This document shows positions 50,701-62,429 of a DNA stretch of 64,000 nucleotides, one piece after another. A model generated the notes under the pieces. It worked only from the letters and a program-made list of their open reading frames with translations. It was not told the DNA's origin and made no database searches. This DNA comes from Lama glama (lineage: Eukaryota), in the NCBI GenBank assembly GCA_028534125.1, contig CM052816.1:100318001-100382000 (forward strand), in the 5' to 3' direction. Numbering within the stretch: position 1 is the stretch's first letter; each line of letters begins with the position of its first letter. Made by a program: the position numbers and the translations under genes.

Positions 50701-51955
50701 CATTTAATAGTGAAAAACTGCACGCTTTCCTCCCAAGACGGAACGAGGCAAGGATGTCTGTTCCCACCACTTCAGTCAGCACTGCCCACACGTTCTATCT
50801 AGTGCAGGAAAGCAAGAAGAGGACAAAAGTCATGCAGATTGCAAGGGGAGAAATAAAGTTGTCTTAATTCACAGAGAACGTAAGAAATCTACAGAAGTTC
50901 CTACAAATAGGAAATGAATTTAGCAAGGATATGATAAAAGGTCAATATAGCATGATTAATTGTATTTTGCTAAAAGCTAGCAAGAAGCAGTTAGAAAATG
51001 AATTTTTAAAAATATTTATTATCAATAGCATCAAAAATATGTTATGGGAAGAAAAATATCAAAATACACGTGATATCTGTATACTTAAAACTACAGAGCA
51101 CTGCTAAAAAAAATTAAAGAAACCTAAATAAACAGCAAGATACGCCACACTCACTGATGGGAATTTTCAGGGCTGTTACAACGTGAAATGGCCTCCAGTT
51201 CATCGGTAGATGAACTGCAATGTAAATCAAGATCCCAGCAGACTTTTCACTAGATGATAACAGGCTGATTCTAAAACCTGTATGAAAATGCAGTGGATCT
51301 GGACTAGCTAAGACTGTTGTAAAATAGATTCAGGATGGAGAACTTAGTCTGATTTCCAAGTTTGCCACAGTAATAGTGGGATCAGCATTAAAATAGACAC
51401 AGAGATCAGTGGAACAGAATGTTCAGCACAGAAATAGACGTGCACTTAATGGTCAATTGCTTTTCTACAAAGAAGGTAAGGTAAGTTGTTGGGAAGAGGG
51501 TTGTCTTTTTAATTAAAAAAAAAGTGCCAAACACAAAAATTAATTTGAAATGGTTCATAGGCCTAAATATAAAACCATAAAATTTCTTGAAGAAATTTTA
51601 GAAAATCTTTGTGACATTGAGTCAGGTAGAGATTTTTTAGGATGAAAAAGCATAAATCCCATGAAGTAAATATTGATAAATTGAATTTGAACAGATTCTA
51701 AAGAAAGAAAAGGCATGTGGCAGACTGGGGGAAATGTTCACAGTGCATATGTCAGGCCAAGGTTTTACATCCCATCCAAAATATATAAAGAAATTCCTAT
51801 AATTCAATAATAAGAATACAAAGCCAATTTTTTTAATGTGGGCAAATACTTCAACATGCCATATATGAACAAAAAATACAAGAATGATCAAGAAGCACGT
51901 GAAAAGCCATTTACCAACTTAAATTAAAATCACAAGAAGATATCAGTAAAAATCC
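47790..51955 (+). mobile_element. Long decayed LINE-1 (end of ORF1 through most of ORF2)
   Basis: A-rich; endonuclease-region motifs (ccagttaaaaggcagaga; aagatattcaatgcaaacactaacca) and RT-region motifs (aaaatcaatcaatgtaattcaccacattaacaaaataaa; ctcaatagatggagaaaaagcatttgac). Many stops and frameshifts. Confidence 0.88.
49836..49985 (+). mobile_element. tRNA-Ala-derived SINE, camelid Vic-1-like, nested in L1
   Basis: gggggaggtgacagctcaggggtagagggcgtgcctggcacgcacgaggtccggggttcaatccccag...aaacctaattacctccccc...A-tail. TSD-like aagagtccggggg / aagaatcaggggg. Confidence 0.85.
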
Positions 51956-52479
51956 GTTGAAACCATTTCACTTGTTCTCAATGTGGCTGTCTGGTCCCCT
52001 CCAGGTGGGGGTCACGCCCTTTCACCCTTGGGCACTGCGTCCCCTGCGCTCCAGCGCTCCCCCCGGGGGAGGCAGACAAGACAGCCATGCCTTCCACCTC
52101 CTGGGGCCCGCAGCCCCTCCTTTTCATCCCAGAGCCAGCGCCCAGACCCAAGAGCAGCCCTGCTGCAAGGCATTCTGGGAAATGTAGTCTTCACCCGGGC
52201 ACCATGTACACAGCTAGAACCAAGGTTCTACTACCATAAGACAGTATTTCTAAGGTGGGGGTGACTAGTGTGCTGTGGGGCACTCAGCTGTACAGTTTCC
52301 CGTCGCCATGACAGTTTAAAATTGCCTCCTGTGGACACCACTGCTCTGTTTGAAGCAGGGAATTACTAGGGAGAGACAAACAGAAGGTCTGGCCCCGTCA
52401 GTCAAAAGCAATCCACCACTGAAATCATTCAAATAATACCTAAATATTTACAACCACTTACTAAAGTCAAAGAAGCCAT

Positions 52480-53340
52480 AATCATTTAGCTTTCCATGGT
52501 TTTACTAGTACATATGTGTGTGGATCACACCTGCTTTAATCACACAAAATCCAACAAACTAAAGTGGGTATCTCCACATTTCACTGCATCTAGCTCTGCT
52601 TCATTCTTTTTTTAGGCTCTACTTAATATTCCACTATGAGACTGATCATAATATATTTGACTGAGGACCTATTTCCAATTCTCTCTTTTTTAAATTATAA
52701 AATACTCCGTGCTTGTGGTAAAAACATAAGGAAATGAAGAAGTGCTCAGATTCACCCTAGGTCTTCTTATTCTGTTCCTTGGAAGTTAAGCGAACACTTT
52801 TAACCACACAGTGTGCATCTTATCAAATACTTCAGTGTGTACATCACATGGGTGAGCAGCTGATTTTTAAGACACACCTGCCAGACACTGCACTTGTCAG
52901 TGACCTGTTCCTCATTGGACTTCTCTGCCAGTAGCTGTTTAAGTCATTTCCAATTGTAGGCTGTTACCAATGCACAGTAACAAATATGCTTTTACACAAA
53001 TTTTGAGGTATCTCTACAATTTAAATGTCCACAAACAGAATTTTATATCAGAGATGATAAAGATTCTGAATTTTGATTAACATTTTCAAATCCAAAAAAC
53101 TTAATCGATCTATCTTTGTGCCCCGAGCCTATAATTTCTGTCTCCCTCCACCTTGAGGAACACATCCCCCCATTTGCTCACCAGGTGGCGGGAGCTTTTC
53201 CGTGGGTATCATTGCTAATGCTCCATTTCTGCGTAGGCTGTTTGGGGGCCATCTTGTTAATTTACGATATTCTTGTTGCTCGGGTATTTTTTATTTGGGG
53301 AATTATGAAATAATTTTGCAACCTAAACATGCATTTTTAT
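52480..53340 (-). mobile_element. Very old LINE-1 3' remnants, antisense
   Basis: ttcattcttttttttaggctctacttaatattccact; tttaagtcatttccaattgtaggctgttacc; highly decayed. Confidence 0.45.
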
Positions 53341-53609
53341 AGATTTTCTACGAATTTTTTATTTATTTTTCTTTGCTAAAATGTATATACAAAACACACG
53401 TATATAATGTACAACTATATAATACGCATGCAGGTATTACATCTGCAAAATTTCAATTAAAGTATGTATCTATTTGGTCACAGAAAAGATACTCGTCAAC
53501 AGCTGGTACAAAAATTCCTCTTAGAAAGAAAACTTCTGTCGGCCCAAAGCCTGTTAAGAAACTTAAGACTGGCAGTTCGGCTGCTGGCAGAAGCCGGCTC
53601 ATGAAAGCA

Positions 53610-54230
53610 GTGGTCGAGCCGCCCTTCCCCAGACGGAGCGCGGCCTCAGCCTGGCCCGGGGTGGGGCGGCCGAGCGGAGCCGCGGCGAGGACGGCGGGAA
53701 GGGAGGGCGCAGAGTTCCATCTCACGTGGCCTTTATCCTGCAGCCAACCTCGCCCTCGCCTTCCCGCCTCCTCCCCGCTGCAGTGGAGGCCAGGAGACTC
53801 CAGCTGGAGGGAGGAAGAAGTCCCCGGCTCGGTGTGCGCAGGTGGGCGCGCTCGCTGCCCGCGCGGCCAGCATCCCCGAGGGCGGCGGTGGAGCGGCGCC
53901 CCCGCCGCACTGCCCGGAGCCGCGGCCTGCGCGGGCTGCACCGCGGGGGCAGTGCGGGCCAGCCGGCCGTCCTCCGCGGGGGGGAGTCTGCTGTGGAAAC
54001 AGGTCGAACCAGTTGTGCTGGGAGCACCTCTCACCGGCATCTGAGCTGCCACCCGAGGGCACATTCCAGCGGCCTGGGCCGGGGGCGGGGGCGCCTGGGC
54101 CGGGGGCGGCGCAGGCGGAGGCCACCGGGGACGCAAGCTAGGGCCTGCCCCGAGCTCAGACGTGCCCTCGGCAGGCGCTCTGGACACGAGGGCCGCAGCC
54201 CCGGCAGCGGTCGGGCTGGGGTCCGGGAGG
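53610..54230. promoter_or_regulatory. CpG island, promoter-like or orphan CGI
   Basis: About 600 bp of very high GC with dense CpG. GC boxes GGGGCGG at about 54081-54110 and GGGGCGG near 53663, CACGTG at 53723-53728, ACATTCCA at 54061-54068. Confidence 0.8.
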
Positions 54231-54577
54231 GAAGAGGAAAGACAGGAAACCCGAGCTCAGCTCCCTGGAAGGCGAGGGGGGTGGAGAGGCGATGTAGGGA
54301 CCCTGGAAACGGGGATGGAGGAGATGCCCACAGGAGATGCGGGGAAGGCTAACAGTGGGAAAGGGGAGACCGCAGCCCGGCGTTCCCAGAGGCTCCCCTG
54401 CCCCGTCAGGGAGCGAATCGGGTTGCCTTGTGCTCAGTGTGGCTGTCTTGTCCCCAGATGCCACCTGGGCCTGCCTGCCTGAGGGCACCAACCTGCCCTG
54501 CTGTCAGAGCGCAGGCACGAGAGTGCCCCCTCTAGGGGTACTGAATCTGAGCTCCTCCTGAAGTCTGCATGTCCTAC

Positions 54578-54964
54578 TGTGCGGGTGATGGAATCCCCCC
54601 CACCCCAAAAGGGTGAGTCTACCTGACACCTGCGAATGTCACCTTCTTTACAAACAGGGTCTTGTAGCTGGGATTACGGTAAGCATCGGCCTAGATTAGA
54701 GAGGGCCTGAATCCAAGGACAGAGTCCTTCTAAGGAAGGAGCCAGAGCCGAAGGCCACGTGGACCTGGGGCAGAGCTCAAAGAGAGGTAGCCGGGCCGGG
54801 GACAGACACCAGGCCCCAGACGCTGGAAGAGGCATCAGGAGGGAGCGCGGCCCTTTGACAGCCTGATTTCAGACTTCAGGCCCCAGAACCGAGAGAGAAT
54901 AAATCCTGCAGTTTTGAGCCACCCTGTCTGTGGTCAGGTCACAGCTGCCACAGGAAGCAACACA
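54578..54964 (+). mobile_element. MLT1B/C-like MaLR LTR, near full length
   Basis: TG start; cctgcgaatgtcaccttctttacaaacagggtctt...ctgatttcagacttcaggccccagaaccgagagagaataaatcc...gccacaggaagcaacaca end. Confidence 0.8.
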
Positions 54965-55835
54965 AGGCGAGGCCAGTTCTGCCCCTAGAAGACCAGAAGT
55001 CTGTGCCCTCACACCTTCCGGAAGCTCTGTCTCACGTCGCTGGGATTTCTCCTCAAAGGTCACCTTGTCCGTGTGACCTCTCGCGGCCTCCGACAGAATA
55101 GCCCTCTGATCCCTTGCCCTGCCGTCCTGGTCTTCCCAGTGCCTAAGCAAGCAGGACGAATCCGGCGAATTCTCCTGCCAAAGGTGTCTCAGATGCCTGT
55201 CTTCCTAATATCACACGCCTCTCGGGGCCTGGGTCCAGCCTGGCCGCCAGGGTCCCCGTACCCGGCCCTCCTCTGCCCTGTTGTCTCCTGGCCTGCACCC
55301 ATCCCTGCCATGAGAACCTCTGGGACCTGACCACAAAGAAAAGCCCCAGCCTGGCGCTCCCTGGATCAGGCACGCCCTACACACAGACGTTTCCACTTCC
55401 GCTGGGAGAGACCTGCCGGGACCCTTCAGGCAGAGATCCGGGTCCTCCCTCTCCTCTTAGAGGACGGGCTTGGGAATCCAGACTGGTGGAGGAGACCAGC
55501 CCCCTGACAGCCACGCCCACTGAAATGTTACTCCATCCAGCAGCCAGCGGGGTGGGGACAGGTGAGAAAGCTTCAGCAAACCTGAAGGAGAGCGAGAGCG
55601 GGGACCAGCGGGACGTCCTGATGAGGGAGGACTGGAGCCTGACCCGCGCTCACTGGCACGCATGGTCATCGCTGCCCGTGATTCGGAGGCTGGCAGTGAG
55701 TTTGGAATTCTTGTTCTGAAGCCCCAGCGCCCTTCGTTCTGGGTGACCCCACCTGGGAAGGCTGGCATCTCTCCACGTCTTCTAACAGGTACAAGAAGAA
55801 ACTGTGTGTTATGATCTCTCTCTGCCCATGATGCT

Positions 55836-55968
55836 TCTTTGTTTTGTTTTGGGAGGGAGGTAATTAGGTTATTTATTCATTCATTTATTTAATGGAGGTG
55901 CTGGGGGTTGAACCCAGGACCTCGTGCATGCTAAGCCCACGCTCTACCACTGAGCTATGCCCTCCCGC
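55836..55968 (-). mobile_element. tRNA-Ala-derived SINE, camelid Vic-1-like, best-preserved copy
   Basis: Minus strand reads gggagggcatagctcagtggtagagcgtgggcttagcatgcacgaggtcctgggttcaacccccagcacctccattaaataaa...acctaattacctccc. Pol III A and B boxes present. TSD ctctgcccatgatgct (55820-55835) / ctctgccccacgatgct (55969-55985). Confidence 0.92.
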
Positions 55969-56604
55969 CTCTGCCCCACGATGCTGAGTTCTTTTGCACA
56001 GTCAGCGTGCAGAGGGTCCATAAGTGACTAGAACATTCTAGGGCCGACGCTCATTCTAGCTTCAGTTCCCTCTTCGGTGACCTCAGGAACAAATTCCCTA
56101 AGGAGATAACATTCAGCCTCACTGACGGCCCCTACCAGCCAGTGTGCACAAAGCTCGATGTGGGAAGGGGCTGGGGCCTGCGGCGTCTGCACTGGCCACT
56201 GGCACACCCTGTGGCCCGTAGAGTGTGTGGGCCACTGGCAGCCACCTGCCACCCCCAGGGAGCCTGCCCACAGTCTGCCGATTGAACCCCTGACCTGTAT
56301 TTTGAGCCCGCCTCTGGGGACAAACCAGCTGGGAAGTGTAGGCGGTGAGCCCTGCTCTCCTCTCTCTCACTTGATGCTGCGGGCAAGTGCAGCCGGTGGG
56401 AGCTGTTGTAAACCGGGCGGAAGACAGGGTCCGGGTCAGCAGGCTCCTGGGGGCACGCGTGCTGTGAGTTGGTGAATGTCCCTCCTCACCCCCAGCTGAG
56501 AATAACCCCCAAGCGACCAGACCTCTTGTTCTCCTGGCTCCTAGCGGCACGCGGCACTCGTCACTCACAGCAGCGGGCCCGGGGCAGCTTCCTCGCGGGT
56601 GCTT

Positions 56605-56981
56605 GTGTTACCTGCTCCAGCTGCCGTGACAGAGGCCTGGGGCTGGCGCCCTGCACAGCGAGGGTTCATTGCCACACACTTCTAGAGGCGGCATCCAAGG
56701 TCAGGGTGTCCACGGGGCCGCTCCCTTCTGAGGCCTCTCCTCTGCTCTTGGCTGGCCGTCTCCTCCCTGTGTCCTCACGTGGTCTCTTCTCTGTGTGTGT
56801 CCCTGTCCTAACCTCTTCTTCTCACGAGGACCCAGTCCCGTGGCATCAGCGCCCCACTCCAAGGACCTGATTTCACTGAATTTCCTCTTTAAATACTGAC
56901 CCTCCGCACACCCTCACATTCTGCGACGGGGGTTAGGGCTTCAGCGCACAGATATGGTGGGTACTCCGTCCATCCCATGGT
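56605..56981 (-). mobile_element. MLT1A/C-like MaLR LTR
   Basis: ttctagaggcggcatccaaggtcagggtgtcc...ccttctgaggcctctc...ctgtgtcctcacgtggtc...tcacattctg...ggggttagggcttcagc. Confidence 0.8.
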
Positions 56982-57099
56982 AGCTCTCCAAGAGTGTGGG
57001 GCAGAACATTTGGCTACCTAGCTAATTAGCAGCAGAAGAAAGACAAGTCAAACGTGATTCCAGGTTCTCTTACACTCTCAGGCACGGGTAGTTACCGTG

Positions 57100-59088
57100 T
57101 CTGTTCAGAGGATGGGGAGCCTGGACGCCCCAAAGATAAGTGTCGCAGCGTCTCCTGGGGTTGATGGTGACGAGCCAAGGTCAACTGTGCCCAGGGGACC
57201 ACAAGCGGACTCACCTGCTGATGAGGGCTTGGGCTGTTTCGAGTTTGGGGCTGTGATAAATTCTGTTGCAGTAAACAGGGTGGGGTGGGGGCACAGGGTT
57301 GAACACACGTCGTCTTTTCTCTTGGATGGACCTAAAAGTAGGATTTCATGGACGAGCGGTGAGAGTAGGCTTAGTGTCATAGGAGACGGCCCACACGCTC
57401 TTCTGAAGAGCGGGCCCAATCTGACCTCCCGCCAGCCGTGCGTGCTGCACGCTGCCGACGCTTGATGCATCAGTCTCCTGGATTTTAGCCTGAATCCAGT
57501 GGGGGTAGCTCTTCCCTGTGATTTAACCTTGCGCTTCTCTTATGACTGCTGGTGTTGACCCTTTTTTGAAATTAAATCTTTCTTGACCAGTGTCTTTGCA
57601 AGACTTGTGCCCAATTTTTATTAGACTCCTTGTCTTACTGAAGTGGGAGATGCATTTATATAAACACATCTTCTGTTGAAAAATACACTGTATGTAACGT
57701 GTCATCTTTGACAGATGATACGGGGGCCTTTTTACTTGATTGTCTCTGTCACTTAAAGAGAATTTTTCGAAGTCCAATGTATCCTTTTTTTTTCTTTTAC
57801 GGATATTCTTGTGTGTGTCTTATCTAAGGAATATTTGCAGACTTCCAAGTTGTAAAAATACACTCCTATGTTTTTTCTAGGTGTTTTAGCCTTTGCATTT
57901 AGGTCCAGGATCCATTTCAGAATAATTTTATATGTGATGTGAGGTAGCAAATTTTTTTCTCACATGGATGTTGAGTTGTAACACCAGGACATTTCTGTCA
58001 AAACTAAGTAACCATATACGGGTAGACCTGTTGCTGGGCTGTGTGTTCTGTTACTCTGTGCGTCCGTCTTTCCACCAATGGCAAGCTGTGCTCATCTCTG
58101 TAACTTCATAATAAGGCTTGAAATCAAGCAGCAGCAGGCTGGTTCTCCTTCAAAACTGTTTGACTGTTGTCCTTTGAAATTCCAAATAAGCATTAGAATC
58201 AGTGTATCAGTTTTTACAAAAATTCCTATTGAGATTTTGATTGGCTTTGTATTTAATTTAGATATCAGTTTGGGGAGAATGAATATCTTAACCATATGGA
58301 GTTTTTCAGTCCATGGCTTGGTTATATCTCTCATTTTATTTGTATTTTGTTTAATCGCCCTCAGTATTGCTTTGTAGTTTTTCATGTAGAGTCTTTGTGT
58401 TTTACATTTGACTTATTTCTATCTGTTTAACATTTCAGCAATATTATAAATGAAATTTTTAAAATTAATTTTCTCCTGTTATTTGTCACCACTGTATGAA
58501 AATACAGTTGATTGGTTTTAACGTGGACTCTGTGTTTTGTGACCTTGTTAAATTCACGTATTAATTCTAATAGATATTTTGTTTTTCATAGACAGTCGTG
58601 TTGTCTAGGAAACCTTTCCAAATTCGGTCTTACTTTTTGTTTCCTTGTTACTTACTAATTGTCTTATTACGATAGTTAAGACCAGCAGTATGATGTTGAA
58701 TAGAAGTGGGCGTCTTCCTCTGGCTCCCCATCCTGGACAGCATGAGATCTTCCATAATTAATGGTGCTGTCAGCTTTAGGTGTATGCTGATGTCCTTGTC
58801 AATCTGAAGAATTTCATTCTACCCACAGTTCTCTGAGTGTCCTTCAAAAGGGAGTTGCAAGTTTTCTCAAAAGTAGTTTCTGCATTTATTGAAATAATCA
58901 TATCATTTTTCTCCTTCTCTCATTAATATGATGAATTACATTGGTTGGTTTTCCCAAGTAGAGTCAGTCTTAAATTCGTGAGACAAACCCCATTTGTGCA
59001 TGATGTGTCATTCTTTCGGAAGTTGCTGGACTGAATCCATTAACATACTCGAAGAGTTTTGTTTCTGTGTTCATGAGACACAGACCTG
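57100..59088 (-). mobile_element. Old LINE-1, 3' half of ORF2 plus 3' end, antisense
   Basis: gagattttgattggctttgtatttaatttagatatcagtttggggagaat; aagaccagcagtatgatgttgaatagaagtgg; tttctgcatttattgaaataatcatat; tctgtgttcatgaga. Confidence 0.85.
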
Positions 59089-60744
59089 TAAAATGACCAT
59101 TTAACCATGACCGTGGGAAGTTCATCTCACTCACTCAAGGTTAGTTTGACATTTGGAAGTCAGTTAATGCTACACACCATATTAACAGAATTAAATTTTG
59201 AAACTGTATTTATTTGATAGATACAGGAAAAATAATTTACAAGAAAGTGCAGCTTCCATTTGATTAAAGACTCCTAGCAACCTAGGAGAAGAGGGACGCT
59301 TTCCCAGCGAAAGGACATCTTCAAAACGGACGGCTGGGGTGTACTTTGTGAGCCTGGGTCACGGCAGGGCTGCGTGGCCCGAGGTCGCAGCTAGTGTGAT
59401 GAAGACAGACAACGCAGTAGACGCCAAACGAGCTGGAAAGGGAGAAATAAAACTCCTTATTCACGAAAGACATGATCACTCGTGGAGAGAATTTTTAAAG
59501 TCTACAGAAAGCTGATAAAATCAAAACCCAAAGTTAGCAAGATTGCAGAACACATGATCAATATACAAAAATCACTTGTACTTCTGTATAAATAATTTGA
59601 AAATACATTGCAAAAGTGCATTCCCAATGGTGCAAATAAGTAAGCAAAATGCTTAGAAACAATGTCAGTGAATGTTGTTCAAGATTTCATACTAAAAACT
59701 ATAAAACATTCCTGAGAAAAGTTCTTTTTCAGAGACGTCAATGGTTTATTGGATAGAGACTGAGGAAAATTTTAAAAAGCCTAAATAAAAGGAAAGGTAT
59801 GTTATGTTAATGGATTGAATTTTTTAAGAGAGCAGTTTGCCACAAATTGATCTATATTACAGTTAAATTCCAATCAAACCACAGTACTTTTTGTAGAAAG
59901 TGAGTTAACTCAAAATTTACAAGGAAATACAAAGGACTTAGAATTTTGAAAATAGTTTTATGAAGAAAATAAAGTTAAAAGACTTATATTACATAATTTA
60001 AGATAGTGTAAAGAGATTAAAAAATGATGGTATGGTATTGACCTCAGGACGGACAGAGATCTCAATGTGACATTGTCAGGAGCCAGGGACACACCTACAC
60101 TAGAACAGGCAATTGCTTTTTTGGCAAAAGCGCCAAGATAATTCACTGGGTAAAGCAGAGTCTTTAATAACTGGCATAGAAATAACTATATGCTGTGTGG
60201 GGAAAATTAACATTGGCTCTTACCACATACACAAAACGATTCCAAAATGAATCATAACACGCCTAAATGTAAGAACTAAAATCGTTTTTAAAAATTGCAA
60301 GAATTACCTAGAGAAAATCTTCATGACCTCGGATTAGGCAAATGTTTCTTTAACAGTGACACACACATGCACACCACCCCCCACAAAGCAAAAAGAAGGA
60401 TTTTTGAAAATTGAATTTTATCAAAATTGGAAGTGTTGCTTGTTGAAAAAAACTCCATGAATAAAATGAAAAAAAATTAAAATGCAAGCCGCAAATAGTG
60501 AGAGACCATTTCCACAACATGTGTCTGAAGAAGGGCTGTGACCAGCGTACACAGGGAACCTTTAGAATGCAGCGATTAGAGGAGAAACAATACAGTGCTG
60601 TAAGTGGCCATGAGGACTGCACAGACTCTTCCAAGAAGGCACGTGGGTGGCCACCAGGCATGTGGGAAACCATCAGCATCACTAGCTTTTTGAAAAAAAT
60701 TCACAGTAAACCATGAGGAAACGCCACTTTGTTCTAAAAGGTGC

Positions 60745-61236
60745 ATGTAGGATTTTACCTCGTGGAGGTGACTAAGTTCCCGGAGAGGTTAATGCCATGG
60801 GAAGAACTTACTGCCCACACTTCCTGGGAGAAGGGGACACACTGCACAGGGCCACAGGCTCTGGACGGAGGCAGACACAGAGGTGAGGAGGGGGCTCAAG
60901 CCAGGTTTCCTCAGGAGAGCAAGGCTCCACAGGGGCCACAGCTCAGGGCTGGTTAGTCTGAATCATTCTGGCAGTGTTTGGGGAAGGGGGATGGTCTCCA
61001 CTTTCCCGGAGCCCAACCCTGGGATGATTTAGTGCAAAGGAAGCATTGGCTTGGTGTGTGAGAGTCAGATAAGGAGGTGGGGGGTTGATTTGCACGTGAG
61101 ATGTGCTCCAGGAGGAGCCGTTTGCTACCTCTAGGAATGTGCTGTCCCTGGGAGGGGCGATCTCTTTCTGGGTCTGGATGGACCACAAACACCAGAGCCC
61201 AAAAAATACAGAAAATAAGAAAATACAGTCAATATA
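60745..61236 (-). mobile_element. Probable old ERVL-type LTR (MER54/MER74-like) nested in L1
   Basis: Purine/GC-rich insert breaking the L1, with ggctggttagtctgaatcatt, ccctgggatgatttag, ccctgggaggggc and aatacagaaaataagaaaatacagtcaatata. Family assignment is from memory only. Confidence 0.45.
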
Positions 61237-61696
61237 ATTGGCACTGTGATAAAGAGATGCCAAGCAGACCCATACAAAATCTGCAGAAACACAGTTAGAC
61301 ACACTTCTGCCCCTAGAGTGGCTGAGACAGAGGAGGGGGACCTTGTCCAGCATCAACACAAATTTGAAGCCACCGGAACTCTCACATGTTACTAGGAGAT
61401 GCCAGATGGTGCAGTCCCTTTAGAAAATGGCTTGGCAGTTTCTTTAATAGGTAAATAAGCACTTAGTCTACAACCCAGCAATTCCATTCCTGGGAATCTA
61501 TCCAAGACAAATGAAAACATGTCCACACAAGGGCTTGCACACCAGTGCTCCAAGCAGCTTGTGTCAAAACAGCCTTGAAAGTGGGAACATCACCAATGTC
61601 CACCAACCAGAGACCACAAAAGATGTGGTATGCCCATACCTGGGAGGCGCACTTGACAAAAAGAGGGCTGAATTACTAGTTCAGGCAATGCCACAC

Positions 61697-62171
61697 CAGG
61701 CGGACCTCATTTTACTGGGCTTTGCACACAGTGCAATTTTTTTTTTTTATAAATCGGAGGTTGGCAGCAACCCTACGTCCAGCAAGTCTGCTGGCGCCAT
61801 TTTTCCAACCTCATTCGCCCACTTCATGTCTCCGTGTCACATTTTACCAGTTCTTGGCACTATTTCAGGCTGTTCCCTTACTACACGTCCTGTGGTGACT
61901 GGTGGTCAGTGACCTCTGATGTCACTGCTGTGACTCGCTGAAGGCTCAGGCGGAGCTTAGCTTTTTTTTTCAGCAATAAAGTATTTTTAGAGCAAGTGTA
62001 CATTTTAAAAGACATAATGCCATTGTACACTTAATAGACCAGAGTAGAGTGTAAACATAACCTTTGTAAGCACTGGGAAATGAAAAACTCATGTGGCCCT
62101 CTTTTCTGCGGTGAATCTGCTTTATTGTGCGGGTCTGGAACCACACCCACAGTACCTCCGAGGTTTCCCTG
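61697..62171 (+). mobile_element. Tigger1-derived non-autonomous DNA transposon (internal deletion derivative)
   Basis: Left end caggcggacctcattttact...ggcagcaaccctacgtccagcaagtctgctggcgccatttttccaac; right end gactcgctgaaggctcag...gggtctggaaccacacccacagtacctccgaggtttccctg. Decayed TIRs CAGGCGGACCTC / CAGGGAAACCTC; no transposase ORF. Confidence 0.88.
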
Positions 62172-62429
62172 TGTAAATGTCAGAAAACACCTGGCTCACT
62201 GAGAAAGTCCAACACAGAAGGCAGTACAGTATCCGAGCCCACTTACACGGGCTCTGGAAGACGTGAGTGTGTAGTGGCAGAGAGCACCTGTAGTGTCCGG
62301 GTCAGGGACACGAGTGAAATGCTGTGAAACTGGACCGTGGGGTCCCCCGCTCATCCACCTGCACACTTAAAATCAGTGCATTTAATTCTACTTAAACAAT
62401 TCCTCAAAAAAGCTACTAAATTACCACAA

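Larger units (their letters stand above)
59089..62410 (+). mobile_element. Old LINE-1, 3' half of ORF2 plus 3' end, sense; interrupted by an LTR and a Tigger element
   Basis: cacaccatattaacagaa; gatcaatatacaaaaatcacttgta; gaaaatcttcatgacctcggattaggcaaatgtttctt; caacccagcaattccattcctgggaatctatccaagacaaatgaaaacatgtccacaca. Confidence 0.85.

Noticed and set aside
47790..51955. Potentially active LINE-1 or novel reverse transcriptase
   Set aside because: No long ORF; heavily mutated and interrupted by a SINE
53373..54352. 200-244 aa ORFs across the CpG island
   Set aside because: Several overlapping frames on both strands, Ala/Pro/Arg/Gly-biased, no known homology recognised; typical CGI artefact
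55890..55968. Possible tRNA-Ala gene
   Set aside because: tRNA-like head continues into a SINE body and A-rich tail with TSDs; it is a SINE
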